Positions 40,948 to 51,623 of a stretch of 64,000 nucleotides of DNA are shown piece after piece (the stretch's first letter is position 1; each line of letters begins with the position of its first letter). The notes under the pieces are model-generated. The model saw nothing but the letters and a program-made list of their open reading frames with translations. It made no database searches and was not told the DNA's origin. A program made the translations under genes and the position numbers. The stretch is from positions 1 to 64,000 of the forward strand of contig JAHLWP010000010.1 of assembly GCA_019057865.1 (NCBI GenBank), in the 5' to 3' direction. The DNA comes from Promethearchaeota archaeon (GTDB lineage Archaea; Asgardarchaeota; Lokiarchaeia; Sigyniarchaeales; SOKP01).

Positions 40948-42630
40948 TTAGATAAAAGAAACTGTTTTTTTAACATAATCCACATAAGTATTGATTTCTT
41001 GCGTTTTCCTTTCTTCATTCCAATTATATTCTTTTGCCATAAGGTCGGCAACTTTTTTAGCAGCTTCAAAAGCTCTTTTATGACTAATCCAGAGAGACAT
41101 TTCAGTTCTTCGGCAAAAAATATCAATCAAATGTTGAGTTAATTCATATCTAAGGCAATAGATAATCTCTGCTTTAATAAAATCATTTTCTTTCATGATT
41201 CTTTCCTTAAAAGACTCATCTTCTTTTATAATTTCAAGAATTTGCAAGGCACCTCTACCATATTGTTGATATAAATGGGCACTAATATCATTATCTAATT
41301 TTATGCCTGAATTCTTTAATTCTTTAAGCCATCGTTCTTCATCAATGCTAACTAAAAATTTCTGTTTAGAATAACCATCTTCTCTTTTTATATTTGGAAA
41401 AAAGTTTCTTTCCTCAACTTTCTTGAATAAATCTTCAGCCATGTTTCGCCATGCTGTTAACTTTCCTCCAGTTATAGTCAATAATCCATCATCAGAGAAA
41501 AATATTATATGCTTTCGAGAAACTTCACTTTCAGATTTTCCTTTTTGCATAACTAAAGGTCTTATTCCAGCATAAGTAGAAAGAATATTATTATAATCTA
41601 ATTCTGCATTTGGAAAATAATGTTTAACTGAAGTGATTAAATAATCAGCATCATCTTTATTACAAAAAGGATTTGCTAAATTGTCTTTATAATCTGTATC
41701 TGTAGTTCCTATAATAGTATAATTCTTATTACGTGGTAATACAAAAAATGCTCTATCATCAGCAATTGATCGGATAATAGTAGCCATATTATTTTTAACA
41801 TGTTCACGCTTAAATTGTAAATGAACTCCTTTAGTCGGTCTAATTAATGGCTTTGGGATCTCTTCGGGGTAACTTTCTAACAATTCATCTGTCCATACTC
41901 CTGTTGCGTTCACAATTAATGTTCCTTTCATTTCAAATTCACCATCATTTTCCAGATCTTTACATTTAACACCAGATATTTTTCCATTATCTTTCATGTA
42001 TCCGGTAGCTTTACAATAGTTAATTATATCCGCTCCCCTCACAACAGCTTCCTTAAGAATCTCGATTGTTAATCTCGCGTCATCTACATTATTATCATAA
42101 TATACTGCTCCACCTTTATTACCTTCTCGTATAAATTCAGGTTCCATTTCAAAGATTTCTTCTGGTTTATACCATTTATGTTTTTTGTATGTTTTAAATT
42201 CTGATTCATTATCACTCAAAAAATCATAAATTTTACAAGCACCTACAATGTCCCGCTTTTTATATTTCCCCCCTTCTAATTCAACGAAAAGGAAAGGGAT
42301 TGGTCTTACTAAATGAGGTAAATGTGCTAACATCCAATTTCTCTCAGTAGTAGATTCTTTTACTAAATCCATTTCTCCATGACCAAGATATCTTATTCCT
42401 CCATGTGCTAATTTTGAACTTCTTGATGAGGTTCCAGTAGCAAAATCTTGCATATCTACGCACGCAATTTTTAAATCTCTCAATGCAGCTTCCCTTGCAA
42501 CCCCTGCCCCTGTAATACCTGCTCCTATGACAATAATATCATATTTTTTTTCTTGTAATCTCTTTATTATCCTATCTCGATTTTTATAATTCCATCCAAG
42601 ATCGAATATTTTCTCTTCTAATTTAGTCAT
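40948..42630 (-). CDS. glpD: FAD-dependent glycerol-3-phosphate dehydrogenase/oxidase
   Basis: GAGITG, GTSSRSSKLAHGGIRYL, DDARL, GTTD, SRKH, GGKLT; probable ATG at 42630. Confidence 0.93.
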   Translation of the reverse strand: MTKLEEKIFDLGWNYKNRDRIIKRLQEKKYDIIVIGAGITGAGVAREAALRDLKIACVDMQDFATGTSSRSSKLAHGGIRYLGHGEMDLVKESTTERNWMLAHLPHLVRPIPFLFVELEGGKYKKRDIVGACKIYDFLSDNESEFKTYKKHKWYKPEEIFEMEPEFIREGNKGGAVYYDNNVDDARLTIEILKEAVVRGADIINYCKATGYMKDNGKISGVKCKDLENDGEFEMKGTLIVNATGVWTDELLESYPEEIPKPLIRPTKGVHLQFKREHVKNNMATIIRSIADDRAFFVLPRNKNYTIIGTTDTDYKDNLANPFCNKDDADYLITSVKHYFPNAELDYNNILSTYAGIRPLVMQKGKSESEVSRKHIIFFSDDGLLTITGGKLTAWRNMAEDLFKKVEERNFFPNIKREDGYSKQKFLVSIDEERWLKELKNSGIKLDNDISAHLYQQYGRGALQILEIIKEDESFKERIMKENDFIKAEIIYCLRYELTQHLIDIFCRRTEMSLWISHKRAFEAAKKVADLMAKEYNWNEERKTQEINTYVDYVKKTVSFI

Positions 42631-42709
42631 TTTTATCAAAAATTAGTGAGATTAATTTAAATTAATTAATTAATAATATACTTAATAGTTTAATCTTAAG
42701 AGCTTATCT

Positions 42710-43351
42710 TTATTTCTTTTTAAATACATATACTGTAGAATGTTCAATGCCGAATTCTTTGGATGTTAATGTTTCTCTATAAAATTTAAGAAGCTCTATA
42801 CCCATATTTAAGAACATTTTAAGAACTTCCTTTTTAGAATAAGCTCTAGAATACATATTTTCACCCATAATTTCAACAAATACTTCTTTATCAACATCAG
42901 CACCCTCTTCCCATGGCTCGTTTAGAGATAAATAAAAAAAACCACCCTTTTTTAGGGAGCGTACAATTCTTTTCGCAATATCCTCAAATAAGGGAGGATC
43001 GAGCAAGAGCATAGTATAGGAAGAAAAAACACCATCGAACATATTCTTGAACTCTATTTCGGTCATTGATAATTCTACAAATTCTGCTTGAGGTACATAC
43101 TTTCGAGCGAGTTCTACCATTCGAGGTGAAATATCAATACCTAAAACATTAAATCCTCTTTCTACTAATAATTTTGCATATGGTTTACCAGTACCGGATC
43201 CAAGATCTAAAATATAAGCTCCTTTTGGTAAATTTTCATAAAAATAATAAAATAATGGATTAATATTTACATAATTAACTTCATCATACTTATCTGCAAC
43301 ACGTGTCCATGCTTGTTTATTCAGTGATATAATGTCAACTTTTTTATTCAT
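42710..43351 (-). CDS. Class I SAM-dependent methyltransferase
   Basis: ILDLGSGTG, GIDISPRM; probable ATG at 43351. Confidence 0.9.
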   Translation of the reverse strand: MNKKVDIISLNKQAWTRVADKYDEVNYVNINPLFYYFYENLPKGAYILDLGSGTGKPYAKLLVERGFNVLGIDISPRMVELARKYVPQAEFVELSMTEIEFKNMFDGVFSSYTMLLLDPPLFEDIAKRIVRSLKKGGFFYLSLNEPWEEGADVDKEVFVEIMGENMYSRAYSKKEVLKMFLNMGIELLKFYRETLTSKEFGIEHSTVYVFKKK

Positions 43352-43394
43352 ATTAAGCCCGTCAGAATGCAAATCACTTGAATAAAATTAATAT

Positions 43395-44366
43395 TCATTC
43401 TTTATATAATAATTTTTTGAGAATTAGTGGCATTGAGTAGATATCGTAATAATTGTGCTCAATTATTTCTTTTATTAACCCTATATATCGACTTGGATTT
43501 TTCTGATATCTTTTATAGCATATACCTACTAGACTGCTGGGTAATTCATTTTCTCTTTTCCAATTTAGTAAATTCTTTTCCATGTTTGTAAGAGTATAGC
43601 TATTGAATTTGCCTTTTAACCTCCTACGACAATTGTGATATAAATCTATATGATGATATTTAGTATTATTAATCTCATACGGTTCATCATTTTCCGAAAT
43701 CATGGGATTTTCATCAAAATAATATAAAAAGCGATTTGCGACATACGGAATATCAAAAGTCTTCCCATTATAAGTAACAAAACATTTAAAATTCGGTAAA
43801 ATCTCATTTCTTAGATGTTCACATATAGCAATTTCTTCCTCTAAATCTCTTGCAAAATGAATATGGATTTCAAATTTATTATTATTATAATATCCCAAAC
43901 CAACTATAATCATTGGACTATCATATAAACCTAAAGTTTCAATATCTAAAAAGAGGAAATCTTCAATTTTAAAGCAAAAACTCAGGTCTAAGTCGTCTAT
44001 ATATCGATTTTTTTTAAGAGTTTTATGATCTTTATTTCTAATTAATCTTAAGATCTGGTTTGCTGAATTTTGATATCTTAAATTAATTTTTAAGTCATTA
44101 AGAGTTTGGACTCCCCTTCGCTTTAATTTTTTCTCAACTTTTTCTCCAATATAATGCACAGTTTTAAGATTTTGTATGATTTTTTTCTTAGCTATCAATA
44201 AACCTAAATCCTCGGGGAAATCTTTTTCTTCCCAAATTATCTCTATGAATTCACCCATTTCATTTTTTATAACTTGAGAATTTTCAAAAATTTCCTCTAA
44301 ATTTTTACCTACGTATTGTTCTAATAATGGAGAAATATTGAAACTTGCGAAATTATAATTATCCAT
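43395..44366 (-). CDS. YprB-like RNase H-fold exonuclease
   Basis: LDIETLGL, TYNGKTFDIPY, HIDLYH, HNYYD. Confidence 0.9.
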   Translation of the reverse strand: MDNYNFASFNISPLLEQYVGKNLEEIFENSQVIKNEMGEFIEIIWEEKDFPEDLGLLIAKKKIIQNLKTVHYIGEKVEKKLKRRGVQTLNDLKINLRYQNSANQILRLIRNKDHKTLKKNRYIDDLDLSFCFKIEDFLFLDIETLGLYDSPMIIVGLGYYNNNKFEIHIHFARDLEEEIAICEHLRNEILPNFKCFVTYNGKTFDIPYVANRFLYYFDENPMISENDEPYEINNTKYHHIDLYHNCRRRLKGKFNSYTLTNMEKNLLNWKRENELPSSLVGICYKRYQKNPSRYIGLIKEIIEHNYYDIYSMPLILKKLLYKE

Positions 44367-44553
44367 TATCTATTCTAAAATAAGACACTTTATTTAATAA
44401 TGCATTCTCTGAAAGTTTATTATATAATTAAATAAATTTAATGATCAAAAGCTAAATCTAGCCCTGAGATCCAGTTTAAGAGAAAAAATTAGAAATTAAG
44501 GAATATCTGGGAGTTCTTTCTCCAAGATTTAAGGATATGTTCTCTTTAGACTA

Positions 44554-45861
44554 TTACTTCTTAAAAAACTTTCGAGATTCCGAATCTCCTAAAATGTAAT
44601 GACTTCCTCCACCATGTATCATACAATAAGCATCGAGAAGCCCAATTTGATTACAGTATTGTTCTGTATATCCCCGACCACCCATAGTTCTAAATAAATC
44701 AAGAGAAGTTTGAAATGCTAATTCACAAGTTTCAATTTTCAACCCCATTACCTGAGAAGCCATTATTTTTGACCTTTCTAATTGTTGTTTCTTGTCAATT
44801 TCTCGAGCATAACTCATTAATGCTGAAAGATATATATTTACTTCACGCATATTCTTAGTAATTGGAAATCTAATTATTTGATATTGATGTAATTTTCGTT
44901 GAAATTGTTCCCGCTGAATAGCAAAACTATGAGCATAAAATAATTTTTTAATACTATCTCCCAATGCTTCAGCACTAATTACTAATCTTTCTTCAGTTAA
45001 TTGATGAAACATAATATCCAATCCATCTCCTCCAAGAAGGTTTGCTTTAGGGAGTTCAGCATCATCAAATACTAAGCGACTGACAAATGCATCTCTCATC
45101 CCATAAGTAATTACCCGTGATGATTCAAAATTTTTCAATTGTTGATTTTCTGTATCTACAATAATTGCTCCTAATCTTCCATTATCTAATCTACCATATA
45201 AACAAATATAATCTGCTAACATTCCATTTGTTATAAAAAGCTTCTTGCCATTTGCAATTATTTTATTACCTCTTTCTTCGAGTCTTAGTTCAATTCTAAA
45301 AACATCACTACCTGCAATAAATTCTGTCATAGCTGAAGCTGCCATTGCACCAGATTTAACAACAGGATTCAAAAATTTATTTCTCTGATAATCATTAGCT
45401 TTATAATTCACTGGATTGCAATAAAGAGTTCCCCCTGCTAATCTACCCATTTCAATACTCCAATTACCACCAATATACTTCTCACTATTTCTTGACCAAA
45501 AACCTCCACATAGGGCTAATGCTATAAGAGCATTTCGAGAAACGTTACCAATGTCATAATCTTCTGAATCAAAAATTGTACTGTAATAACTTTTTTCTGC
45601 TAATTTTTTCATAACATTAACGACAATTTCCCGTTTCTTCTCTTGTATCGGTTCTTCTGCCAAATAATTTAGTTCTTCTAAGGTCTTCAGGTCTGTTTCA
45701 AGATTTTCTTCCATGAAGTCATAAAATTCGGATAAAAATTCTTTCTCTTTAGCTGTAAATATTGGGTTATTTAATAAGTCTAATTCAGTAATGTATCCGT
45801 TAATTTCAAGTTCCGGAAATTCTGGGAGTCTAGTATCCATAATAAATAAGACAATCTTCAT
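44554..45861 (-). CDS. Acyl-CoA dehydrogenase family protein
   Basis: AMTEFIAGSD, NGKKLFITNG, REQF, MGGRGY; likely start at MDTRL (45840). Confidence 0.88.
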   Translation of the reverse strand: MKIVLFIMDTRLPEFPELEINGYITELDLLNNPIFTAKEKEFLSEFYDFMEENLETDLKTLEELNYLAEEPIQEKKREIVVNVMKKLAEKSYYSTIFDSEDYDIGNVSRNALIALALCGGFWSRNSEKYIGGNWSIEMGRLAGGTLYCNPVNYKANDYQRNKFLNPVVKSGAMAASAMTEFIAGSDVFRIELRLEERGNKIIANGKKLFITNGMLADYICLYGRLDNGRLGAIIVDTENQQLKNFESSRVITYGMRDAFVSRLVFDDAELPKANLLGGDGLDIMFHQLTEERLVISAEALGDSIKKLFYAHSFAIQREQFQRKLHQYQIIRFPITKNMREVNIYLSALMSYAREIDKKQQLERSKIMASQVMGLKIETCELAFQTSLDLFRTMGGRGYTEQYCNQIGLLDAYCMIHGGGSHYILGDSESRKFFKK

Positions 45862-45894
45862 AAGATTTTAAATTTTTTTTTTGGAGAGTAGGAT

Positions 45895-46275
45895 TTATTT
45901 CCCATCTGAATACCTTTCGCTATATTCACTCCAACGACCTCCACAAAGAGCATAAGCTATAAGTGCATTTCTTGTAATTCTTCCAATTTTATAATCCTTT
46001 TTATTTAGTATGGTTGAATAAAATTCCTTTTCAGCTAGTTTACTCATAATCCTAACAACAATTTCTTTCTTCTTCTCTTGATTTGGCTCTCCTACTAAAT
46101 AATTTAACTCTTCTAATTTTCGTAATTCAATATTAAGTTCATTTTCCATAAAAATTTATAATTCTGCTAATAATTTCTTCTCCTTAGCGTTAAGGATAGA
46201 ATTGTTCAATAAATCTAATTCTGGAACATATCACTGTATACGAATAGCTTCAAATTCACTTATTCTTGTGTCTAT
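45895..46275 (-). pseudogene. Decayed tandem duplicate of the acyl-CoA dehydrogenase N-terminus
   Basis: IDTRISEFEAIRIQ*YVPELDLLNNSILNAKEKKLLAEL*IFMENEL...ALCGGRW aligns with the neighbouring gene; two in-frame stops and truncated. Confidence 0.85.
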
Positions 46276-46434
46276 AATAATTTAATCAATATTTATAATT
46301 TGAAAATTTTGTTCATTTGGTTAAATATAAGTTTAAAGGTAAAAAAACTTTATAACCTAAATATCTATCAAAAAAATATAATTAAATCTAAAAAACAAAT
46401 TTCTAATTTTTAAAAAAAAGATAGTGAAAATATT

Positions 46435-47856
46435 ATGATAAAATTTAGTGATAAGCAATTAAAAATCCCTAAATTAATGCGACCAGTTTATTTAGTTACA
46501 GCTGGAATGTCGAAGTTTGATCGTGCATTCCCAGAGACCCGAACAGAGGAACTTTGTATTGATGCCCTTACTGCTGCTGCTGAATTTGTAAACATGACAC
46601 CGACTGAACTCAAAAAGTTTATTCATACATGCTATTATGGACATTTCGCTGATCATTTTGGAGATCAGTTACTAGGAGAGGCTGTTATTCATGATAGGCT
46701 TGGATTGGATCCATTGGGAAATATTGGTGTAAAAACAGGAGGTGCAACAGGAGGTTCAGCTATGTGGGAAGCTGTAAAAGCTGTAGCTTCAGGCTATAGC
46801 GATTGTGCGCTTGCACTCGGATGGGAGAGGATGGATGAAGTACCAACGGATGAGGGAAACCATCTTATATCATGTGCTGCAGATAAAGATTGGGAAACAC
46901 CATTAGGTCATATATATACGGGTTATTATGCAGTTATGGCACAAAGATATTGGAAGGTCTTCGGAAAGGAAGAACCGTCATTTCGAGACACAATGGCAGA
47001 AATTGCTGTAAAAAATAGAGGATATGCAAGAATGAATCCTCATGCTCAAGGACCAATGAAGATCACCATTGAAGATGTTAAGAACTCTCCTATCGTTGCC
47101 TATCCTCTTCGTGCTTTAGATTGTTGCTTAATGAGTGTAGGAGCAGCATGTGGAATTGTGTGTGATGAAAAAACCGCATATGAGATAACAGATAAACCAC
47201 TTAGGATCTATATAGCAGCAGGAAGTCATACATTACGAGTAGCCGATCGAAGAGATATGAAAATACCTCTTTTACCAAATGAAAAACCAGGTTTATATGA
47301 TGATTTAGGAAAACGATTTTCTGGAGGAGATAGATATCCTGGGTTCGCTAGTTTCTTAGCTGCTAGGATGTCCGCATACTATGCATATCATATGTCAGGG
47401 GTAAATGATCCTTCCGAAGATTTAGATTTAGTTGAACTACACGATGCTTTCACAATTAGTGATATACAGACTTATGAAGATATAGGGATTCGACCATATG
47501 GTGAAGGAAGAGATTATATAGAATCGGGTGACGCTTATGTTATAAATCCAATTACCAAAAAACCCGGTAAATTACCAAGTAATCCTTCTGGTGGATTGAT
47601 AGGGTGCATGCATGCAGTAGGTGCAACAGGTCTAATGCAAATTGCCGAAATTGGCTATCATATTTGGAACCGATGGGATGAGATCCACGAACCAGAAGAA
47701 AAATGGAAAAAATTTGATCGAGAAAAACTAAAAGATTGGACAAGTTTGCAAGTTAAGGGAGCAAAAAGAGGATTAGCTATTTCACACGCAGGTGTTGGTT
47801 CTCATGTAACATGTACTATTTTAATGAATCCAAATAATTTATTAAAGGAGGATTAG
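46435..47856 (+). CDS. Thiolase-domain protein (SCP-x type)
   Basis: GGATGG, AVKN, DCCLMS, ELHDAF, NPSGGLIGCMHAVGATG. Confidence 0.92.
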   Translation: MIKFSDKQLKIPKLMRPVYLVTAGMSKFDRAFPETRTEELCIDALTAAAEFVNMTPTELKKFIHTCYYGHFADHFGDQLLGEAVIHDRLGLDPLGNIGVKTGGATGGSAMWEAVKAVASGYSDCALALGWERMDEVPTDEGNHLISCAADKDWETPLGHIYTGYYAVMAQRYWKVFGKEEPSFRDTMAEIAVKNRGYARMNPHAQGPMKITIEDVKNSPIVAYPLRALDCCLMSVGAACGIVCDEKTAYEITDKPLRIYIAAGSHTLRVADRRDMKIPLLPNEKPGLYDDLGKRFSGGDRYPGFASFLAARMSAYYAYHMSGVNDPSEDLDLVELHDAFTISDIQTYEDIGIRPYGEGRDYIESGDAYVINPITKKPGKLPSNPSGGLIGCMHAVGATGLMQIAEIGYHIWNRWDEIHEPEEKWKKFDREKLKDWTSLQVKGAKRGLAISHAGVGSHVTCTILMNPNNLLKED

Positions 47857-47860
47857 AAAA

Positions 47861-48463
47861 ATGCCAAAAACAGAAGAAGAAAAAGGTTTTGTAGAGATTG
47901 TTAATAAAAGATATAAACCTAAAGGGACTTTTCATATAATCGAGGCAAATCAACCTATTTATAATAAAGATACAGGAAAATTAGCAGGTGTTACAAACCC
48001 TAGAGATATGACATATATACATTCATATGGTAGAGAAGCAGTATTTTTCGAGTCTCTAGGTAAAGGAAGACTTATGGCTTCTAGATGTGATAATGAAAAA
48101 TGTGAAACAAAAGGTTCAATTTATGAACCATTTAGGATTTTTTGCCCAGATTGCCTAAGAAAAAATACTGTAATTGATATTACTGAAAAAGCTCAGAAGA
48201 CAGCAAAAATCCACTCATTTATTATTACTCATCGTTCTGGAGCTTTTAATACGCTACCAAAACCAATCAAATTCATAAACGTTGAATTTGATGAAGAAGT
48301 AGTCACTATTCTTATGAGCGTGTTAGTTGTCGGAGAACCAGAAATGGGAAAAAGTGTTGTGCCAATCTTTCGAACCAAGAATCCAACCTATACAATTATG
48401 GATTTAATGTTTGTTGTTAAGGGTACACGCGAGTCAGAACTACCAGAGGGTTTTACATTTTAA
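47861..48463 (+). CDS. DUF35 Zn-ribbon/OB-fold thiolase partner
   Basis: RCDNEKC...P...CPDC followed by OB fold; adjacent to thiolase. Confidence 0.85.
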   Translation: MPKTEEEKGFVEIVNKRYKPKGTFHIIEANQPIYNKDTGKLAGVTNPRDMTYIHSYGREAVFFESLGKGRLMASRCDNEKCETKGSIYEPFRIFCPDCLRKNTVIDITEKAQKTAKIHSFIITHRSGAFNTLPKPIKFINVEFDEEVVTILMSVLVVGEPEMGKSVVPIFRTKNPTYTIMDLMFVVKGTRESELPEGFTF

Positions 48464-48710
48464 TACTATTTTAAAATTTTTCTTTTTCTTATTCTTATTA
48501 TTAATAATTTCGAATTTAAAATTTAAAAGTAAAAGCAAATTTAAGACCTAAGGGCAAAAGAGAAGGAACCTTAAAAGATATATTGTACTGGGAATAATTT
48601 AAATCATTTTTTATTTTTATTTCTTGACTTAGTTAAGTCTGATAATTTTAAGCTATTCAATTAATTTTAAACTGAGAATAAATAAAAAATAAAAATAAAA
48701 TTTATTAATA

Positions 48711-49604
48711 TCATTGCTGATATAAATTAAAGATCTTTCTTGCCTCATCAGGAGTTGCAGGTTCACGATTTACTAATCTAGTTACCTTTGCAGCCCACTC
48801 TACTTGTTCCCAACTTCCTTTAGCTAATCTACCATCAGGCATGCGGATATTATCTTCTAATCCAACTCTTATATGTCCTCCCATTGCCGCAGCACATAGT
48901 GCTACTTGAAATTGTTGTTTAGCTACACCACAGACACTCCAACTAGCATCTGGAGGTCTTAGATTTAGAAAGTGTCCTAAATTTTCAAGAGAAAACGGTA
49001 CACCTCCTAAAATACCGAATACAAATTGAAAATGAAGGGGAGGATCTAAAAGTCTTTTTGGTTGCTGTTTTGCTAGATGTAAGATATTATACATACCCCC
49101 AAAATCATAAATTTCAATTTCAGGCTTAACTTGTGCCTTTTTCATGGCTTTAGCGAATTTTTGTATTGTATTGAATGTATTTGCGAATATAAACTTTGCG
49201 CCAAGCCCAACTTGTCCAGTTTTATGATCTCCTACTGCAAAATTCATTGAATTGGAATTTAGTGATGCTATTGGGGGTTTAAACGTTTCAACTGGTGCTA
49301 TTCTCTGTTTAGGTGTAACAATAGTACTTATTGCAGTACTTAGATTAATTAAGATATCTGGTGCTTTTTCTTTGATATTATCAATTGCTGTTTTAATTAT
49401 ATCTAAATCTGCAACGGGATTCCCTTTTTCTGGATGTCTTACATGAATATGAACTATTGCTGCTCCTGCATCATAACATTTTTTTGCTTCATCACCAAAC
49501 TCCTCCGCAGTATAAGGAACTGCAGGATTCTGGGATTTAATTGTTGCCGCTCCTGTAAGAGCAGCACTTATTACCAATTTATTTGATAAATCTTCCTCTG
49601 ACAT
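48711..49604 (-). CDS. Beta-keto acid cleavage enzyme (Kce/DUF849)
   Basis: SAALTGA, AGAAIVHIH, PEIEIYD, GGHIRVGLED, ATPDEAR. Confidence 0.93.
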   Translation of the reverse strand: MSEEDLSNKLVISAALTGAATIKSQNPAVPYTAEEFGDEAKKCYDAGAAIVHIHVRHPEKGNPVADLDIIKTAIDNIKEKAPDILINLSTAISTIVTPKQRIAPVETFKPPIASLNSNSMNFAVGDHKTGQVGLGAKFIFANTFNTIQKFAKAMKKAQVKPEIEIYDFGGMYNILHLAKQQPKRLLDPPLHFQFVFGILGGVPFSLENLGHFLNLRPPDASWSVCGVAKQQFQVALCAAAMGGHIRVGLEDNIRMPDGRLAKGSWEQVEWAAKVTRLVNREPATPDEARKIFNLYQQ

Positions 49605-49996
49605 TTTTATTACATTTTTAAATTTGATTTTGTAAATTTTAAATCAGATTACTACTGAAAAAATAGATTTTCCTCCTATTAATATTTTTCATATTAATAT
49701 TAATATTTTTTTTAATTGAGTTAAAGCTTATTAAGGATATAGAGAAATCCTATATTATCATTTATTTTTTAAAAAAATATTATTCCAATTAAAATCAAAT
49801 AAATTGAATTTTCTTTTATTTATTATCTTTTTTAGTAGAATTATTAACTTAAAATAAGTTCTCCACTATGGAATCAAAAGAAACCTTTAGTTGTTTTTTT
49901 TTAAATCAGATATTTTTAGATAAATCATTTTCAAATTATTTTAAAACTATTTACTACTATTAATAATATTAAAATTCATAAAACATTGAAATTAAA

Positions 49997-50461
49997 ATGA
50001 GTGAAGAAAAAGTAATTGTAGCTAATAAGGGGCTTGTTAGAGCTGACTTTGCCTTTTGGGTTGGTCAATACATGGATAGATTCTATGATGCTCTTGAAAA
50101 TAAGAGATTTATTGGAAATAAATGTCCAGAATGCGGAAAGATTTTTGTACCTCCGAGAAAGACTTGTGGAAAATGTAACAAAACAATCCCATTGGATAAA
50201 AACTGGGTTAATTTGCCTGAAACAGGGACCTTGCTAAATTACACTGTCACATATTATAAAGTAAATGAGAGAACTACTCGAAAAGTTAAAAAACCTCAAA
50301 TAATTGGCATGATACAAATTGATGGTAGCAATACAGGGATAGTATATCGTCTTTTAAATGTAGATCCTGATGATGTCAAAGTTGGAATGAAAGTTAAAGT
50401 AGTGTGGGAAGAAAAAACAAAAGGAGACCCTTCAGATATTAAGGGTTTCACGAAACTATAG
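49997..50461 (+). CDS. DUF35 Zn-ribbon/OB-fold protein
   Basis: CPECG..FVPPR..CGKC, VKVGMKVKVVW. Confidence 0.9.
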   Translation: MSEEKVIVANKGLVRADFAFWVGQYMDRFYDALENKRFIGNKCPECGKIFVPPRKTCGKCNKTIPLDKNWVNLPETGTLLNYTVTYYKVNERTTRKVKKPQIIGMIQIDGSNTGIVYRLLNVDPDDVKVGMKVKVVWEEKTKGDPSDIKGFTKL

Positions 50462-50478
50462 TAGGAGGTAAAAAGATT

Positions 50479-51621
50479 ATGCAAAAAGTAGGTATTGTAG
50501 GGTATAATCAAGTAAAGTTATATTCAGATGCAAATTATGGGAGGTATGAAATGATTTTTGAAGCTGTACGAGGAGCATTAGATAGTGCAGGACTGAAAAA
50601 GAAAGATATAAGCACAGTGATATCGGCTACTAATGATTATTATGATGGGCGTACTATATCAAATGCGTTAACTGTGGAACCTGGAGGAGGATACTTAGCA
50701 GATGAGTCAAAAGTTGAGATGGATGGAGCTCATGCTGTTTTATATGGATTGATGCGCATTTTATCTGGAAATCATAAACTTGCTGTAGTTTGGGGTGGAA
50801 GTATGGCATCATGCTTTCCCTATCATTCTGCTCGATTATATGAGACTGATCCTACATGGGAGCGTCCAGTTGCTTATGTTAATGATATATCTGCTGCTGG
50901 GTTTCAGATGAGGGCTTATATGGAAAAATTTGGAGTAATTCCTGAGGATATCGCTAAGATTGCTGTTAAAAATAGAAAAAATGCTACTAAAAATCCTCTA
51001 GCGTTAGCTGAGGCTCAAAATCCTAATTTAACAGTTAAAGAAGTATTAGAATCGGAAATTTATGCTGATCCTATAAAAGAATTAATGGTTGCTCAACCTT
51101 GTGATGGTGTTGCCGCATTACTTTTAGCCCCTGAAAAACAAGCATTAAAGATTATAGATAATCCAGTTTGGATTACAGGTGTAGGATATAATCAAGAAAC
51201 TTATTATCTTGGAGATAGAGATTTATTTAAAAGTAAATCTATGGAATTAGCAGGTAAAATGGCGTTTAGTGCTGCTGGAATCAAAGATCCTAAAAATGAA
51301 ATCGATGTAGCTGAGTTATTTGAAGGTTATGCACATGAGGAATTGATTTTTACTGAAGCTTTAGGATTTGTAGAGAAAGGACAAGGAGCAAGTTTAAACT
51401 CTGAGATAAATGGGGATCTACCCATCAATCCTTCTGGTGGAGCACTTGGAGGGAATCCGCCATGTGCAACAGGTTTAATAAGAATTATTGAAGCTGTAAA
51501 ACAACTTAAAGGAGAGGCAAATGATTATCAAGTTAGTGGTGCCAAGAAAGCTGTTGTTTCAGGGCAAATAGGGATGTGTGCACAAAATAATATAGTATAT
51601 GTATTGGAGGGTGGTAATTAA
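50479..51621 (+). CDS. Thiolase-like protein, Ltp4-like
   Basis: ESKVEMDGA and PINPSGGALGGNP; lacks the canonical catalytic Cys and His. Confidence 0.85.
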   Translation: MQKVGIVGYNQVKLYSDANYGRYEMIFEAVRGALDSAGLKKKDISTVISATNDYYDGRTISNALTVEPGGGYLADESKVEMDGAHAVLYGLMRILSGNHKLAVVWGGSMASCFPYHSARLYETDPTWERPVAYVNDISAAGFQMRAYMEKFGVIPEDIAKIAVKNRKNATKNPLALAEAQNPNLTVKEVLESEIYADPIKELMVAQPCDGVAALLLAPEKQALKIIDNPVWITGVGYNQETYYLGDRDLFKSKSMELAGKMAFSAAGIKDPKNEIDVAELFEGYAHEELIFTEALGFVEKGQGASLNSEINGDLPINPSGGALGGNPPCATGLIRIIEAVKQLKGEANDYQVSGAKKAVVSGQIGMCAQNNIVYVLEGGN

Positions 51622-51623
51622 AT

